In this document: piece after piece, positions 11,436 to 24,574 of the stretch | How the letters are laid out: every line of letters starts with the position of its first letter | Numbering within the stretch: the first letter of the stretch is position 1 | NCBI GenBank assembly: GCA_030704615.1 | Contig: CM060731.1 | Span: 95,852,001-95,916,000 of the forward strand | Length of the DNA stretch: 64,000 nt | Reading direction: 5' to 3' | Source of the DNA: Takakia lepidozioides | Lineage: Eukaryota; Plantae; Bryophyta | The notes under the pieces: model-generated | Told to the model about the DNA's origin: nothing | The model's input: the letters and a program-made list of their open reading frames with translations, nothing else | Databases searched by the model: none | Translations under genes and position numbers: made by a program

Positions 11436-13493
11436 TGTTAGAGGACTGTCTGGGACTTAGACACTTTTACGAGATCTGTGGGGTACCCTTAATTTTTGCA
11501 CAGACTGAGACCAACAGGAGCCTTAGGGGTGACAGCAGCGCACTTTAGGGGGGGGGGGTTACACAGCCCGTCACATCCAACACAGCCGTCACAGTCCAAC
11601 ACAGCCCGTCACAGCTTCGCACAGCCCGACACAGCCCAACACAGTCGCACAGCCAGTCACAGCCCAACACAGCCGTCACAGCTTCGCACAGCCGACACAG
11701 CCCGTCACAGTTTCACACAGCCAGTCACAGCTTGACACAACTGTCACGACCATAGGGAACGGATAGCAGGATAGGGAACGACTGTGGGGAACAACACCTG
11801 CGAATGGAACATGTTAGTTCACGGATGACGGTTAGTGAGGGAAACGGTTAGAACAACGGGTAGGAACATAAAGCCAGGAGCAAGGACTGGAAAATGATCA
11901 TGTTAGAGGACTGTCTGGGACTTAGACACTTATACGGGATCTGTGGGTACCCTTAATTTTTGCACAGACTGAGACCAACAGGAGCCTTAGGGGTGACAGC
12001 AGCGCACTTTAGAGGGGGGTTACACAGCCCGTCACAGTCCGACATAGCCGACACATCCAGACACAGTCAACACAGCTCGTCACAGCCCGACACAGCCCAT
12101 CACAGCCAACACAGCCCGTCACAGTCCGACACAGCCGACACAGCCAGACACAGTCAACACAGCTCGTCACAGCCCGACACAGCCCGACACAGCCAACACA
12201 GCCGTCACAGCCAGTCACAGCTTGACATAATCGACACAGCCCAACACAGTCGCACAGCCAGTCACAGCTTGACACAGCTGTCACGACCATAGGGAACGGA
12301 TAGCAGGACAGGGAACGACTGTGGGGAACAACAAATGCGAATGGAACAAGTTAGTACACGGATGACGACGGTTAGTGAGGGAAACGGTTAGAACAACGGG
12401 TAGGAAGATAAAGCCAGGAGCGAGGACGGGAGAAGGAGCACTTCTTGGGGAATCACTGCTGGAAGGAGTAGGAGGATCACTTCTTGGGGGGGAACTTCGG
12501 ACATCACTGGGGGAAATGAGGCATAGAGCGTATCTCGGAGCAGAAAGAGGGAGAGCACGGGGTAGGAGGAGGATCTGTTGATGCTTAATGAATGCATGCA
12601 GTAGATTTGTAATGTAGAGCAGATTAGAGACTCCATGGCTTCAGCCTGATACTTGATAGATATTAATCTGATACACACTTCATACTCACACTGTGTAGAG
12701 AGATTTGAGTGAAGCTGTGGAATGAATGGATGAGTTGATGGAATCCGATAGATTGATGAAGCAAACTGATACTTAATTACCAACAGTAAGGTAACTAGCT
12801 AACATGAATGCGGGAAGGAAAACAAATAGGAAACACCCCCATGATACACTAGCTGTAGGTCATGACTGATTGTTCTGAGCGGGCTGAGTACTTAGAGATT
12901 TCCAACTCTTCTATCTTGGAGTTTACGCCTCGGATAGCGAAGGGATGGGTGAGTAAAAGCCGCGCGACAAATCAATTCTGGGATCACTTCTGGGGGGGGA
13001 TTTCGGACATCACTTAGGGGAAATCAGAATTAGGAAATGAAGCGGAGAGCGGATCTCTGAGCAGAAAGAGGGAGAGCACGGAGTAGGAGGAGAACGATCT
13101 GTTGATACTTGCTGAATGCAAGAAGTAGAGTTGTAATATAGAGCAGAATAGAGATACCATGGCTTCAGCCTAATACTTGATAGATATTAATCTGATACAT
13201 ACTACATACTCACACTGTGTAGAGAGATCTGAGTGAAGCTGTGGAATGAATGGATGAGTTGATGGAATCCGATAAATTGCTGAAGCAAACTGATACTTAA
13301 TTACCAACAATAAGGTAACTAGCTAACATGAATGCGGGAAGGAAAACGAATAGGAAACACCCCCATGATACACTAGCTGTAGGTCATGACTGATTGTTCT
13401 GAGCGGGCTGAGTGCTTAGAGATTTCCAACTCTTCTATCTTGGAGTTTCCGCCTCGGATAGCGAAGGGATGGGTGAGTAAAAGCCGCGCGACA
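11436..13493 (+). repeat. Family C solo LTR containing a nested solo LTR
   Basis: TGTTAGAGG...CGCGACA flanked by the TSD CTTGT (11431-11435, 13494-13498). Confidence 0.92.
11901..12969 (+). repeat. Family C solo LTR nested in another solo LTR
   Basis: TGTTAGAGG...CGCGACA; flanks GATCA / AATCA (4 of 5 match). Confidence 0.88.
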
Positions 13494-14236
13494 CTTGTTT
13501 TCTGGCACGTTATCACATTGAGCAGCAGAAGATGCAATCGCGATTTCTGAGTTATTCTAGTTGGGATCATTGGGTCTTACCTTCAGTGCCACCTCATATG
13601 TACTTATATGAAGCAAAAGTTATGATGCAAAAGGATTCTCAAATTCGTTCATGGTTTCATTCGGCCTGGAACAATTTGTCAACACAGAAATTCGGCCCTG
13701 ACGATATTTTCTTTAAGGGACATGAAGCATGGAAATACTTGCACGGTTCACAAGTCATTGGCATACCACTCACCTGTATAGACAAGGAGTTCAGGGTCTT
13801 CACCAATTTTGCCATTCAGCGCTTACAGCAAGTTTTACAGTTTAAACTTCCAGACATGGTGGGACCACATTGTATGCCCCAGAGGATTCCAGTTAGAGTT
13901 TGACCGTTAGAACACCTCAGGGGGGAAGACGATTCTGATACTACTGTTTCTTCAGCGGACTCTTTTGACATGGCAGATGACTACGCAATTCAGATGGCAG
14001 AGAAGAAACGACGGGGATCTCCTATGCCTAAGAGGTTACCACGATATCAGCCAAAGGAGGGACTGACATTTCAAGGTAGTGCTCAATCATCTCCGTCAAC
14101 CAGTGACATGACTCGGGCTCGCACACGGAGTCCTTCACGAGACTCTCACCATCAGAAGGCTGCTCGCTCACAAAAGTTTGTTAATCCCAAACAGTAAACC
14201 GTGAGGACACGGCTTTTTGAGAGGGGGAGGGGTAAA

Positions 14237-15144
14237 TGTTAGAGGGTTGCTTGGGACTTAGACGCTTTTACGGGTTCTGTGGGGTACCCTTAATTTTTGC
14301 GCAGACTGAGACCAACATGAGCTTTAGGGGTGCCAGCAGCGGGCTTTGGGGGGGGGGGGGGGGGGGTTTACACAGCCCGACACAGCCCGACACAGTCCAT
14401 CACAGCCGACACAGCCTGACACAGCTTTGCACGGCCGCCACAGCCCGTCACAGCCAACACAGCCGACACAGTCAGTCACAGCTCGGCACAGCTTGACACA
14501 GCCTGTCACAGTACATGGGGAACAGTTATCAATGGCAGGGAACGACTGTGAGGGAACGACATCTGCAGAAGGAACGTGATACTTCGGGGATAACGGTTAA
14601 TTAGTTAGGTGGTTAGAACAGCTTGCGGGCAGATAAGGGGAGCAACAACGGAAAGAAGGGACACACTTCACGGGGAGCACTTCTTGGTAATGGAGGAGAG
14701 GAGATCAGGCGGAGAGCAAGAACGAAAGCACGGAGAAAGAGGAGAGATGGACAGTAGATGTTTGTTTCATGTAGAGCTGTAGTGATACTGTAGGGCGGAT
14801 TAGAGTCACCTTGACATTGGCTTGATACCTGATAAATCGTAATGTGATACTTATTCGATACAATCACACTGTGTAGAGAGACATGAGTGAAGCTGTGAAA
14901 TGAATGCATGATTAATTGGAATTAAGTAGATACTGAAGCAATCTGATGCTTCAATATCAGATAAGGTGAATTGATAACATGAAAGCAAGAAGGAATACAA
15001 TTGGGAAGCACAACCATGATTCACTAGCTGTAGGTCATGACTGATTGTACTGAGCGGGCTGAGTGCTTAGAAATATCCAACTCTTCTATCTTGGAGTTTC
15101 CACCTCGGATAGCGAAGGGATGGGTGAGTAAAAGCCGCTCGACA
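14237..15144 (+). repeat. Family C 3' LTR (subtype 2)
   Basis: TGTTAGAGG...GCTCGACA after the PPT; CACAGCC repeats; no PBS follows. Confidence 0.9.
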
Positions 15145-18100
15145 AGGGTGTAGGGCCACAGATGGCGGTACCTCCAACACGGGCAAAACCACCTTTTCCA
15201 ATATATGCAGGGAAAGGGGATCCTGATGTACACATCAGCCAATTTGAGCACATGTGTATTGTGAACAATGAGAATGGCGATGATGCCAAGATGAGACTGT
15301 TTCCTTGTTCACTTATCAAGAAAGCAAGTGAATGGTATGCAAGATTTCCAGATAATCATTTCCTAACCTGGAATGGCCTTAGTACGGCATTCCAAAACAG
15401 GTTCAGGACAAACAAAACTAAGGATGAAGTGTATGGAAGTTTACAACAGTTAAGGCAAAAGAAGCATGAAACTGTTGAGGAGTACATGGAAAAGATGGAG
15501 TTAATGATGAAAAAGCTAGCTGTTGTACCAGCACCAGGGTTACAAAAGACCTGGTTTGTGAGTGGACTAAGACCAGAGTTGCAAAAGAAAGTCGATATGC
15601 TACCCCATAATACAGTGGAGGAGGCATTTGAAACAGCCAACAGGATTGAGCAATTGGGAATGCTCAGAAGAGATAAAATGGATGATGAGGACTCTGAGGA
15701 TGAGTCAGATGAGGAAGAAGAGCAAGAGCTCAAGGCAATCCCAGAGGCAACTATCAGGGTAATCCAAGGGGGAATTACCAGTCAGGGAATCAGGATTATA
15801 GAAATAATCTCAGAGCAGACCAAGGGCGAGGACCTAATGGGGAAGAATTGTGTTACTATTGTAATCAGGCAGGACATCGCAAGGTAGCCTGTCCATTCTG
15901 GATCAGACACCAGAATGAGATGAGAGCTCCTGTGAATGAGGGCCCGGTGGAGGCAGCTCACATGGTTAGGCCATGTTTTGTACCAGAAGTATGTACAATG
16001 ATAGTCACCAGAATCAAAGCTAAACTAACACCTCCAGTGGATGAGGAAGAAGATGGTAATGAGGATGGCAGTGATGTGCCTGAAGATGATGAGGCTTGGA
16101 GAGATGAGAAGGAACTCCACAGGGAAGTGGTTGACACCATAAGGGAAATGCAGAAGAATATTGATATCCCTATGGCAGATACTTCTGACTCTGATAGAGA
16201 AGATGGAGATGATGAAGAGGAAGTGAAGAAAGAAGTTGCACAAGTGCAAGGTAATGAAGGGACTTTGGCTGAAGTAATATGCCAGACCAAAGTTGAGATT
16301 ACCATTTGACAGCTATTGGCTGCGGCACCTCATTGTAGGCACAAGCTGTATCAAGCAATTAATCAAATTGCTCATGTGACAGAGAACACAGACCTGAACA
16401 GCAAGGTGACAAGTTATAATGTGAGGCCTGAAGGGCGAGAAACAGTCATGGACTTTGATGATTCTATGCCAGTAATACAATTGAGAATTGGAAGCACAGA
16501 CTTGACTGATGTACTGATAGATGGAGGCTCAGGAGTGAATATTATGACAGACCAATTAAGGCAGAAGCTTGGTCTGAGTAACATGAAACCAGCCCCATTT
16601 ATAGTAACAATGGCAGATCAAAGGAGTGTACACCCTTTAGGTTTGATAAGAGGAGTAAAGATACAGATTCAGGAGATGATTTTTAAGATCACAGTAACTG
16701 TGTTGAAAATGGATGATGTCATGGAAGCTTACTCCTTATTGCTGGGTCGACCATGGCTGAAACAGGCCAGGGTATTCCATGACTGGAATTCCCAGTTACT
16801 GACTGTGCATGATGGGAAGCACAAGATACAGGTCACCACTAAGAAATCTAGTAGGCTACCTGCTACCAGAAGACCTCGTGGAGTCAGAGAGTATGACTGG
16901 AGGGGATGACTCGATGAGGAGCAGGAAGCTACCCTGTTTGCTGCGCACCCAGAGTGGGAGCAGGTTGCAGAAATGCAATTGGGAGGCCTGAGTTGTTTAA
17001 AAGGTATCTGCTGTGGTGCAGTGACAGGAACACCAATTGAGGGGGAAACAAGTAGTTACCCACCACATTTCTATGAGGAAAGAGAGGGAGAAATGGAAAT
17101 CCTAGAAGAACCAGCCACTGTGAGTTTACAAGATGAAGTAGTGGTTGGATGGACAATCACAGCTGAAGAGCAGGTGATAGATGTGAATGTGGGAACTGAG
17201 GAGGAACCCAGAATGGTGAAAGTAGGGGCTGACTTAGAGCCAGAATTCTTTGAGGAGGCTAAGAGCCTGTTTATCAAATACAAAGATGTGTTTGCATGGA
17301 GCTATGAGGATCTGAAAGGGATACCCCCTGAGATTTGCCAGCATAAGATTGAACTGGAACCAGGGTCAGTACCAATCAAACAGACAAGGTACAGGATGAA
17401 TCCCAACTATGCACAGAAGGTTGGGGAAGAGATCAAGAAGTTGGCTGAGGCTAAGTTCATATACCCAATAGAGTATACAACTTGGTTGTCACCCATTGTG
17501 ATAGTTCCCAAGAAGAATGGCAAATTGAGAGTTTGTGTGAACTATAAGAAGTTGAATGCTTGTACAAAGAAAGATCCCTTTCCCTTGTCATTCACAGAAG
17601 CGGTACTTGACACTGTGGTAGGCCATGAGATGTACTCATTCATGGATGGCTTCAGTGGATATAACCAAGTGCAAGTTGCGGAAGAAGACCAGGGAAAGAC
17701 AGCTTTCATCACAGATTGAGGTGCTTATGCATACAAAGTCATGCCTTTTGGACTTTGTAATGCACCAGCAACTTTTTAGAGAGTGATAAGTGAATCCTTC
17801 CATGAGTATCTGGATGATTTCATGCAAGTGTTCTTAGATGACTTCAGTGTGTATAGCTCTAAGAATAAGCACTTGCAGAAGTTGGAGTTATGTTTGGCCA
17901 GATGCAGGATGAGAGGTCTCGGACTGAATCCGGAGAGAGGGGACTGCTTGTGGATCCCAGAAAGACAGAGGCTATTAAAGCATCTCCACCACCAGGAAAT
18001 GCTAAAAGTCTAAGGAGATTCCTTGGACAAACCAGTTATTACAGAAGATTTGTCAGACGGTATGCACAGATGGCAGCACCTTTGAGCAAGCTTTTGAAGA

Positions 18101-18267
18101 AGGATGCAGTGTTTTACATGGACAGCTGAATATCAACAGGCTTTTGAGGAACTTACATTGTCAGTAACAACTACACCTGTGCTGATTAACCCTCACTGGC
18201 ATGTAGTATTTCATGTACACTGTGATGCCTCAGGAGAAGCATTGGGAGCTGTGTTAGCCCAAAATAT
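15145..18267 (+). pseudogene. Family C internal fragment (gag-PR-RT-partial RNase H) with stops and deletions
   Basis: Collinear with ~22088-25625; LIDGGSG, MDGFSGYNQ, FLDD; gag deletion near 15731 removes two zinc knuckles; cut at 18267. Confidence 0.92.
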
Positions 18268-18837
18268 GGGGGTTGCTATTTCATGAGCCATGAGCCATGA
18301 GCGGCATGAGCCATGAGCAGAGTCGTAAGTGTCGAAAAAAACATGAGCAGGACTATTTTCCGGAAATGAGTGTCCGCGGGAATAAGGTTTAGGGTGTCAC
18401 GGTCATAGGGGGAGAAGGACCTCCCGATGAAGGAGGTTCGGCAATGTTTTTTAGAATTACATATTAAAAGGCAATGTTTCGCGAATGGTAGGGTGGTACT
18501 GCTCTGTACAATGGGGGCCCATTTCAGCCTACCAGCCACTTGCAAAATCCACCCACACTCCCAATCCCAAACGAAATGAGGAATGATGCATTCTGGGAAC
18601 GATGGATACAGAATAGAACAAAAAGAGGGCACAATGGGGTTTTTATTGATCCACATGAATTGCATTTGAAGCACGTCTACTGTGCTGATTGTGCAAACAA
18701 ATCTTTAGCCCTGTGCCTTCTGAATACAAGTCACGTTGTCAATGGGACTTCGACTACTCTAAGAACTAGCTCATGAGTCATCGGGCTCCTCCAGGTAAAC
18801 TGGATTGCAGCCGCTGTACCGCCCCTGTTGATGTTCA
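18268..18837. mobile_element. Terminal fragment of a family D (Mutator-like) element
   Basis: Starts GGGGGTTGCTATTTCATGAGC with tandem CATGAGC, like the termini at 19637, 58045 and 58066. Confidence 0.75.
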
Positions 18838-19636
18838 TGTCGAACGGCTTTTACTCACCCATCCCTTCGTTATCCGAGGTGGAAACTCCAAGATAGAAGA
18901 GTTGGATATCTCTAAGCACTCAGCCCGCTCAGTACAATCAGTCATGACTTGCAGCTAATGAATCATGGTTGTGCTTCCCATTTGTATTCCTTCTTGCCTT
19001 CATGTTATCAATTTACCTTATCTGATACTGAAGCATCAGATTGCTTCAGTATCTTCTAAGTTCCAGTTAATCATGCATTCATTTCACAGCTTCACTCGTG
19101 TCTCTCTACACAGTGTGCTTGTATCGAATAAGTATCAGATTACGATTTATCAAGTACTAGGCCAATGTCAAAGTGACTCTAATCCGCCCTATAGTATCAC
19201 TACAGCTCTGCATGAAATAAACCTACATCAAGTCATCATCTCCTCTTCTGTGTAATCGTCATCCCTGTGCTCCAAGATCGCGCCCTCCGTCTGACCTTTC
19301 CCCTGATGTCTAAGAAGTCATCCAAGAAGTCATCCCCCAGAAGTCCCCGCTCTTCGCTTTATCTACCTACAAGCTGTTCTAACCGCCTTGCTAACTAACC
19401 GTCACCCCTGAAGTAACATATTCCATCTGCAGATGTCGTTCCCACACAGTCGTTCCCTGTCCATGTTAACCGTTCCCCCTGTTCTATGACAACTGTGCAA
19501 AACTGCGTTGGGCTCTGTGAAGCTGTGACTGGCTGTGACTGGCTGTGATTGGTTGTGACGGACTTTGACGACTATGACGGGCTGTGTCGGCTGTTTCGGG
19601 CTGTATCGGGCTGTGTTGGCTGTGACTGGCTGTGTT
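18838..19636 (-). repeat. Family C LTR (subtype 2), truncated by a family D insertion
   Basis: Reverse complement of the ~14370-15144 LTR; terminal CA at 18838; no PBS. Confidence 0.88.
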
Positions 19637-19746
19637 GAAGGTTTACTATTTCATGAGCATAAACCATGAGCCATGAGCCATGAGCCGCATGAGCCGCATG
19701 AGCGGTGAGCCGAAGTCTAAGATACGCGGATTTCATGAGCGGACTC

Positions 19747-20661
19747 TGTTAGAGGACTGTAGGGGACTTAGACACTTATACGGGATCTGTAGGGTACCCT
19801 TAATTTTTGCACAGACTGAGACAAACAGGAACCTTAGGGGTGACAGCAGCGCACTGTAGAGGGGGGTTACATAGCCCACACAGCCGACACAGCAGTCACA
19901 GCCCACACAGCCAACACAAGCCCATCACAGTCGTCAGAGCCCACACACCTCCGTCAGAGCCCCACACAGCCCACACAGCCCGTCACAGTCTTCACCAACA
20001 GCCCACACAGCCAAACACACAGCCAGTCACCGCTTGACACAGCTGTCACGATAATAGGGAACGAAGAGTAGGACAGGGAACGACTGTGGGGAACAACACC
20101 TGTGAAGGGAACATGTTAATTCACATACGACGGTTAGAGAGGGAAACGGTTAGAACCGCGGATAGGAGATAAAGGGAGAAAACGGGAATGAAGAAGGGAT
20201 TATGATTCGGGGGAGGAGATTTCGGAGTGAGACGGGGCGGAAGTCGGTGAGCACGATGAAGGAGGAAAGGGATTAGTAGATGCTTGTTATATGCAAAGCG
20301 TAGGGATATTGTAGAGGAGAATAGAGACACAATGGCTTCGGCCTGATACCTGATAAATCATAATCTGATACTTATACGATACAATCACACTGTGTAGAGA
20401 GATCTGAGTGAAGCTGTGGATTGAATGGAGGAGTGAAGGAAACGATAAATTGATGAAGCAAACTGATACTTAATTATCAATGGTAAGGTAGCTAAGATGA
20501 ATGCGGAAAGGAAACAAATAGGAAACACCCCCATGATACACTAGCTGTAGGTCATGACTGATTGTTCTGCGCGGGCTGAGTACTTAGAGATTTCCAACTC
20601 TTCTATCTTGGAGTTTCCGCCTCGGATAGCGAAGGGATGGGTGAGTAAAAGCCGCGCGACA
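19747..20661 (+). repeat. Family C 5' LTR
   Basis: TG...CA, highly similar to 31856-32795. Confidence 0.96.
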
Positions 20662-20663
20662 TT

Positions 20664-20683
20664 TGGCGACCATACTGGGGACT
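20664..20683 (+). promoter_or_regulatory. Primer binding site, probably tRNA-Arg type
   Basis: TGGCGACCATACTGGGGACT 2 nt after the LTR; resembles the Ogre/Tat Arg PBS. Confidence 0.7.
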
Positions 20684-20787
20684 GGGACATGAACAACCAG
20701 ATGTGACAGGCATCTGTGGGATCATGGTGGTTGGACCATTAGAGAATTTGAAGTGAATCAAATTCCTGTGGAACGAAGGAAGAAAGA

Positions 20788-21246
20788 TTGTCCAAACAAT
20801 TCTTTCAAAGGTTCTTGGAATTGCCAGACGGATGTAAAGAAAATATTCTTAAACGAGTGCATGATGCTGATCCAGAATGGGGTCTGGAGAAAGGAGTGAT
20901 AAAGATTTATCAGGTAGCCTGTAGAGGAAGAGCACGTTGGTTACCAACATTAGTTTATGTGATAGCGTTGCTATCCATTAAACGAGTAGAGTTTGAAGGC
21001 TGGGAAGAAAGAAAGGTGAATGTTTATACTCATATGCATGAAGAGCTTGTACTGGTAAAGAATTGGATTCCAAAGGATATTTTGTGGATCAAACTCACAC
21101 CAAGAACAGCTTTTCAGACTTGTTTGCCATATGGTTATATGGTAACGGAGACTTCAAGTATAGCCAAGGGTGCATTGAAGCTTGAAAGAAATCCAGGCAT
21201 ATACGAGAGATATTACAGAAGAGAGTTTTGGTTATTGCCACATTAA
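20788..21246 (+). CDS. Unknown ORF upstream of gag in family C
   Basis: 152-aa open frame between PBS and gag; no motif recognised. Confidence 0.45.
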   Translation: MSKQFFQRFLELPDGCKENILKRVHDADPEWGLEKGVIKIYQVACRGRARWLPTLVYVIALLSIKRVEFEGWEERKVNVYTHMHEELVLVKNWIPKDILWIKLTPRTAFQTCLPYGYMVTETSSIAKGALKLERNPGIYERYYRREFWLLPH

Positions 21247-21347
21247 AAGAAATGAAAGACATGGGACATGAGTGATGAAAGAGAAGCTAGACGACAAAGA
21301 TATTCATCAAAAAGAGAAAGCTATCTGAAAGCTAATTATCCATATCT

Positions 21348-23589
21348 TTGGGAGAGAGGAATAGACATAGGGGAATCATCTGGACCTCTCACACCATCAA
21401 GATCAAAAAGTGCATCACCTATACCGAAGAACTAGAGTTGGATGCCACTCCTTCTGTTTCTTTGCAAGAAAGATTAAGGGAATTGGTACAGGAAGAAGAT
21501 CAATCACGAGGTGAAAGATCTGAGGTACATCCTTGGATAAAAGACTTGACAGAAATCTTTGATAAGAGTTGGCATGGAACACCAAAAGCAGGAACTCCAG
21601 TTTCTGAAGCAGAAGATGAAGAAGGAGATGAGGATGTGGCAGAGCCAACGGAGAGTTCAGACTCTCCAACACCATTACAGTTGAGTTACATGAGTGAAGA
21701 AGAAACCCAAGGGCAGAACTTGGAGGATGAAAACAGAGAGAAGAAATTGGAAGAGGAAGAATATGAAGAAGTAGACCCAACAGCTGAGGTTGAGACTACA
21801 ACCAGGACATCCCAACCCGTTGGACCTGGATCAAGTGGAGCACTTGGATCACAGGCCAACGAAGGTGTCGGCTCAGGGGGATCAGGCGGGCTGCCTGGAT
21901 CTGGCTCTGGGGGGACAGGGAGTGTGGGAAGTAGTGCAACTGAAGCTGGGAATACTGTGAATATCGTGGGGCCAGAAGCAGGGAGTGCTCAAGGGCCACC
22001 ACTTGGTGGAAGATCCACCACAAAAACAACAGGTCCAGAAGGACCAGCACCAGCAAGGGTGCCAGCACCTGTCAGTGGGCAGAAGGTAGGGCCACAGATG
22101 GCGTTACAACCAACACGGGCAAAACCACCCTTTCCAATATATTCAGGAAAAGGGATCCCGATGTACACATTAGCCAATTTGAGCACATGTGTATAGTGAA
22201 CAATGAGAATGGCGATGATGCCAAGATGAGACTGTTTCCTTGTTCACTTATCAAGAAAGCAAGTGAATGGTATGCAAGATTCCCTGATAATCATTTCCTA
22301 ACCTGGAATGGCTTGAATACAGCATTTCGAAATAGGTTCAGGACAAGTAAAACTGAGGATGAAGTGTATGGAAGTTTACAACAGCTGAAGCAGAAGAAGC
22401 ATGAAACTGTTGAAGAGTATATGGAGAAGATGGAATTGATGATGAAAAAGCTGGCTGCAGTACCAGCACCCGGTTTACAGAAGACTTGGTTTGTGAGTGG
22501 ACTAAGACCAGAGTTGCAGAAGAAAGTGGATATGTTACCCCCCATAATACAGTGGAGGAGGCATTTGAAACTGCAAACAGAATTGAGCAATTGGGAATGC
22601 TCAGGAGAGAGAAAAAGGAAGATGAGGACTCTGAAGATGAGTCAGATGAAGAAGAAGAGCAAGAACTAAAAAGAAAGAGTAAGAGAAAGGAAAAGTTGAA
22701 GAGGGATAACTATGAGAAAAGATTGGAAGAAATCTTGAAGAAGTATGCCACAGAGGCTGCAACACATTGGAGGAAGGGTGTATGGTGTGCAAAGTGCCAG
22801 AATGAAGGCCATACCACTACAGAATGCCACATGAAGGAGAAACACTGTACTATCTGTAAAATGGATAACCATTCTACTGAGAATTGTTACTACAACAGAA
22901 GGACAGCTGCAAGAGAACCTAGGCAAGTGAGGGTGCATCAGGTGCAGCCCCAGCCAAGAAGAAGCAATGATCAGGACCACTATGGTAGGTCTGGTGGTTA
23001 TAACAATGGCATGGAAGGGAGAGGTAATTCAAGAGGGAATTACCAAGGAAATTCCAGAGGCAACTATCAGGGTAATCCAAGGGGGAATTACCAGCCCGGG
23101 AATCAGGATTATAGAAATAATCCAAGAACAGACCAAGGGCGAGGACCCAATGGTGAAGAGCTATGTTACTATTGTAATCAGCCAGGACATCGCAAGGCAG
23201 CCTGTTCATTCTGGATAAGACACCAGAATGAGATGAGAGCTCCTGTGAATGAGGGCCCAGTGGTGGCAGCTCACATGGTTAGGCCATGTGTTGTACCAGA
23301 AGTAAGTACAATGATAGTAACAAGAAGTAAAGCCAAACTAATACCTCCAGTAGAAGAGGAAGAAGATGAGACTGGAAGTGGCAATGATATGCCTGAAGAT
23401 GAAGAGACTTGGAAAGATGAGAAGGAACTGCACAAGGAAGTGGCAGATACTATAAGGGAAATGCAAAAGAGTACGGATATTCCTGTGGCAGATTCCTCTG
23501 ATTCGGATGGAGAAAAAGAGGGGAGTGAGGAAGAAAGGAAAAAGAAGATGCAGACATGCAAAGTAATGAAGAGACTTTGGCTGAAGTAA
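21348..23589 (+). CDS. gag: Family C gag (acidic/Gly-rich N-terminus, capsid, three CCHC knuckles), frameshifted
   Basis: LKQKKHETVEEY, WFVSGLRPEL; CAKCQNEGHTTTEC, CTICKMDNHSTENC, CYYCNQPGHRKAAC. Confidence 0.9.
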
Positions 23590-24350
23590 TATGTCAGACC
23601 AAAGCAGAAATTACCATTGGACAGCTATTAGCTGTGGCACCTTATTGTAGGCACAGGCTGTATCAGGCAATCAATCGAATTGCCCAAGAGACAGGAAACA
23701 CAGACCTGAACAGCAAGGTGACCAGTTATAATGTGAAGCCGGAAGGGCGAGAACCAGTCATGGACTTTGATGATTCTATGCCAGTAATCCAATTGAGAAT
23801 TGGAAGCACAGAACTAACTGATGTACTGATAGATGGTGGTTCTGGAGTAAATATCATGACAGACCAATTAAGGAAGAAGCTTGGTCTAAGTAACATGAAA
23901 CCAGCCCCATTTACAGTAACAATGGCAGATCAAAGAAGTGTACAGCCATTGGGATTAATAAGAGGAGTTAAGATACAGATACAGAAAATGATCTTTATGA
24001 TCACAGTAACTGTATTAAAAATGGATGAAGTCATGGAGGCTTACTCCTTATTATTGGGACGTCCGTGGCTGAAACAGGCCAGGGTATTCCATGACTGGAA
24101 TTCTCAGTTACTAACTGTGCATAATGGGATGCACGAGATACAAATTACCACAAAGAAATCTAGTAGATTACCTGCTACAAGAAGACCTCGAGGAGTCAGA
24201 GAGTATGACTGGAGGGGAGGACTGGATGAGGAGCAGGAAGCTACCCTATTTGCTGCACACCCAGAATGGGAGCAGGTTGCAGAGATGCGGCTGGAAAGCC
24301 TAAGTTGTTTAAGGTATCTGCTGTGGTGTAGTGACAGCAACACCAATTGA
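23556..24350 (+). CDS. Family C aspartic protease
   Basis: VLIDGGSGVNIM ... LLLGRPWL. Confidence 0.92.
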   Translation: MQSNEETLAEVICQTKAEITIGQLLAVAPYCRHRLYQAINRIAQETGNTDLNSKVTSYNVKPEGREPVMDFDDSMPVIQLRIGSTELTDVLIDGGSGVNIMTDQLRKKLGLSNMKPAPFTVTMADQRSVQPLGLIRGVKIQIQKMIFMITVTVLKMDEVMEAYSLLLGRPWLKQARVFHDWNSQLLTVHNGMHEIQITTKKSSRLPATRRPRGVREYDWRGGLDEEQEATLFAAHPEWEQVAEMRLESLSCLRYLLWCSDSNTN

Positions 24351-24574
24351 AGAGGAAACCAACTGTTACCCACCACATTTCTATGAAGAAAAGGAGGAGA
24401 GATAGAAATCCTAGAAGAACCAGCCACTGTGAGCTTAAAGGATGAAGTGGTGACTGGTTGGACAATCACAGCTGATGAGCAGGTGAGAGAAGTAAATGTG
24501 GGAACTCAGGAGGAACCGAGAATGGTGAAAGTAGGAGCTGATTTGGAGCCGGATTCTTCGAAGAAGCTAAAAGC

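Larger units (their letters stand above)
9961..15144 (+). mobile_element. Family C 3' fragment: decayed accessory ORF, PPT and 3' LTR; interrupted by solo LTRs
   Basis: 9961-11435 plus 13499-14197 match the 822-aa ORF at 29356-31824; PPT GAGAGGGGGAGGGG precedes the LTR at 14237. Confidence 0.9.

Noticed and set aside
11496-12292. His/Ser/Thr/Gln-rich ORFs in family C LTRs
   Set aside because: Translations of CACAGCC tandem repeats; the frame differs between LTR copies
14237-18267. LTR at 14237 as the 5' LTR of the downstream gag-pol
   Set aside because: It is preceded by a PPT, has no PBS, and ~1.4 kb of leader is missing; it is a 3' LTR abutting another copy's gag
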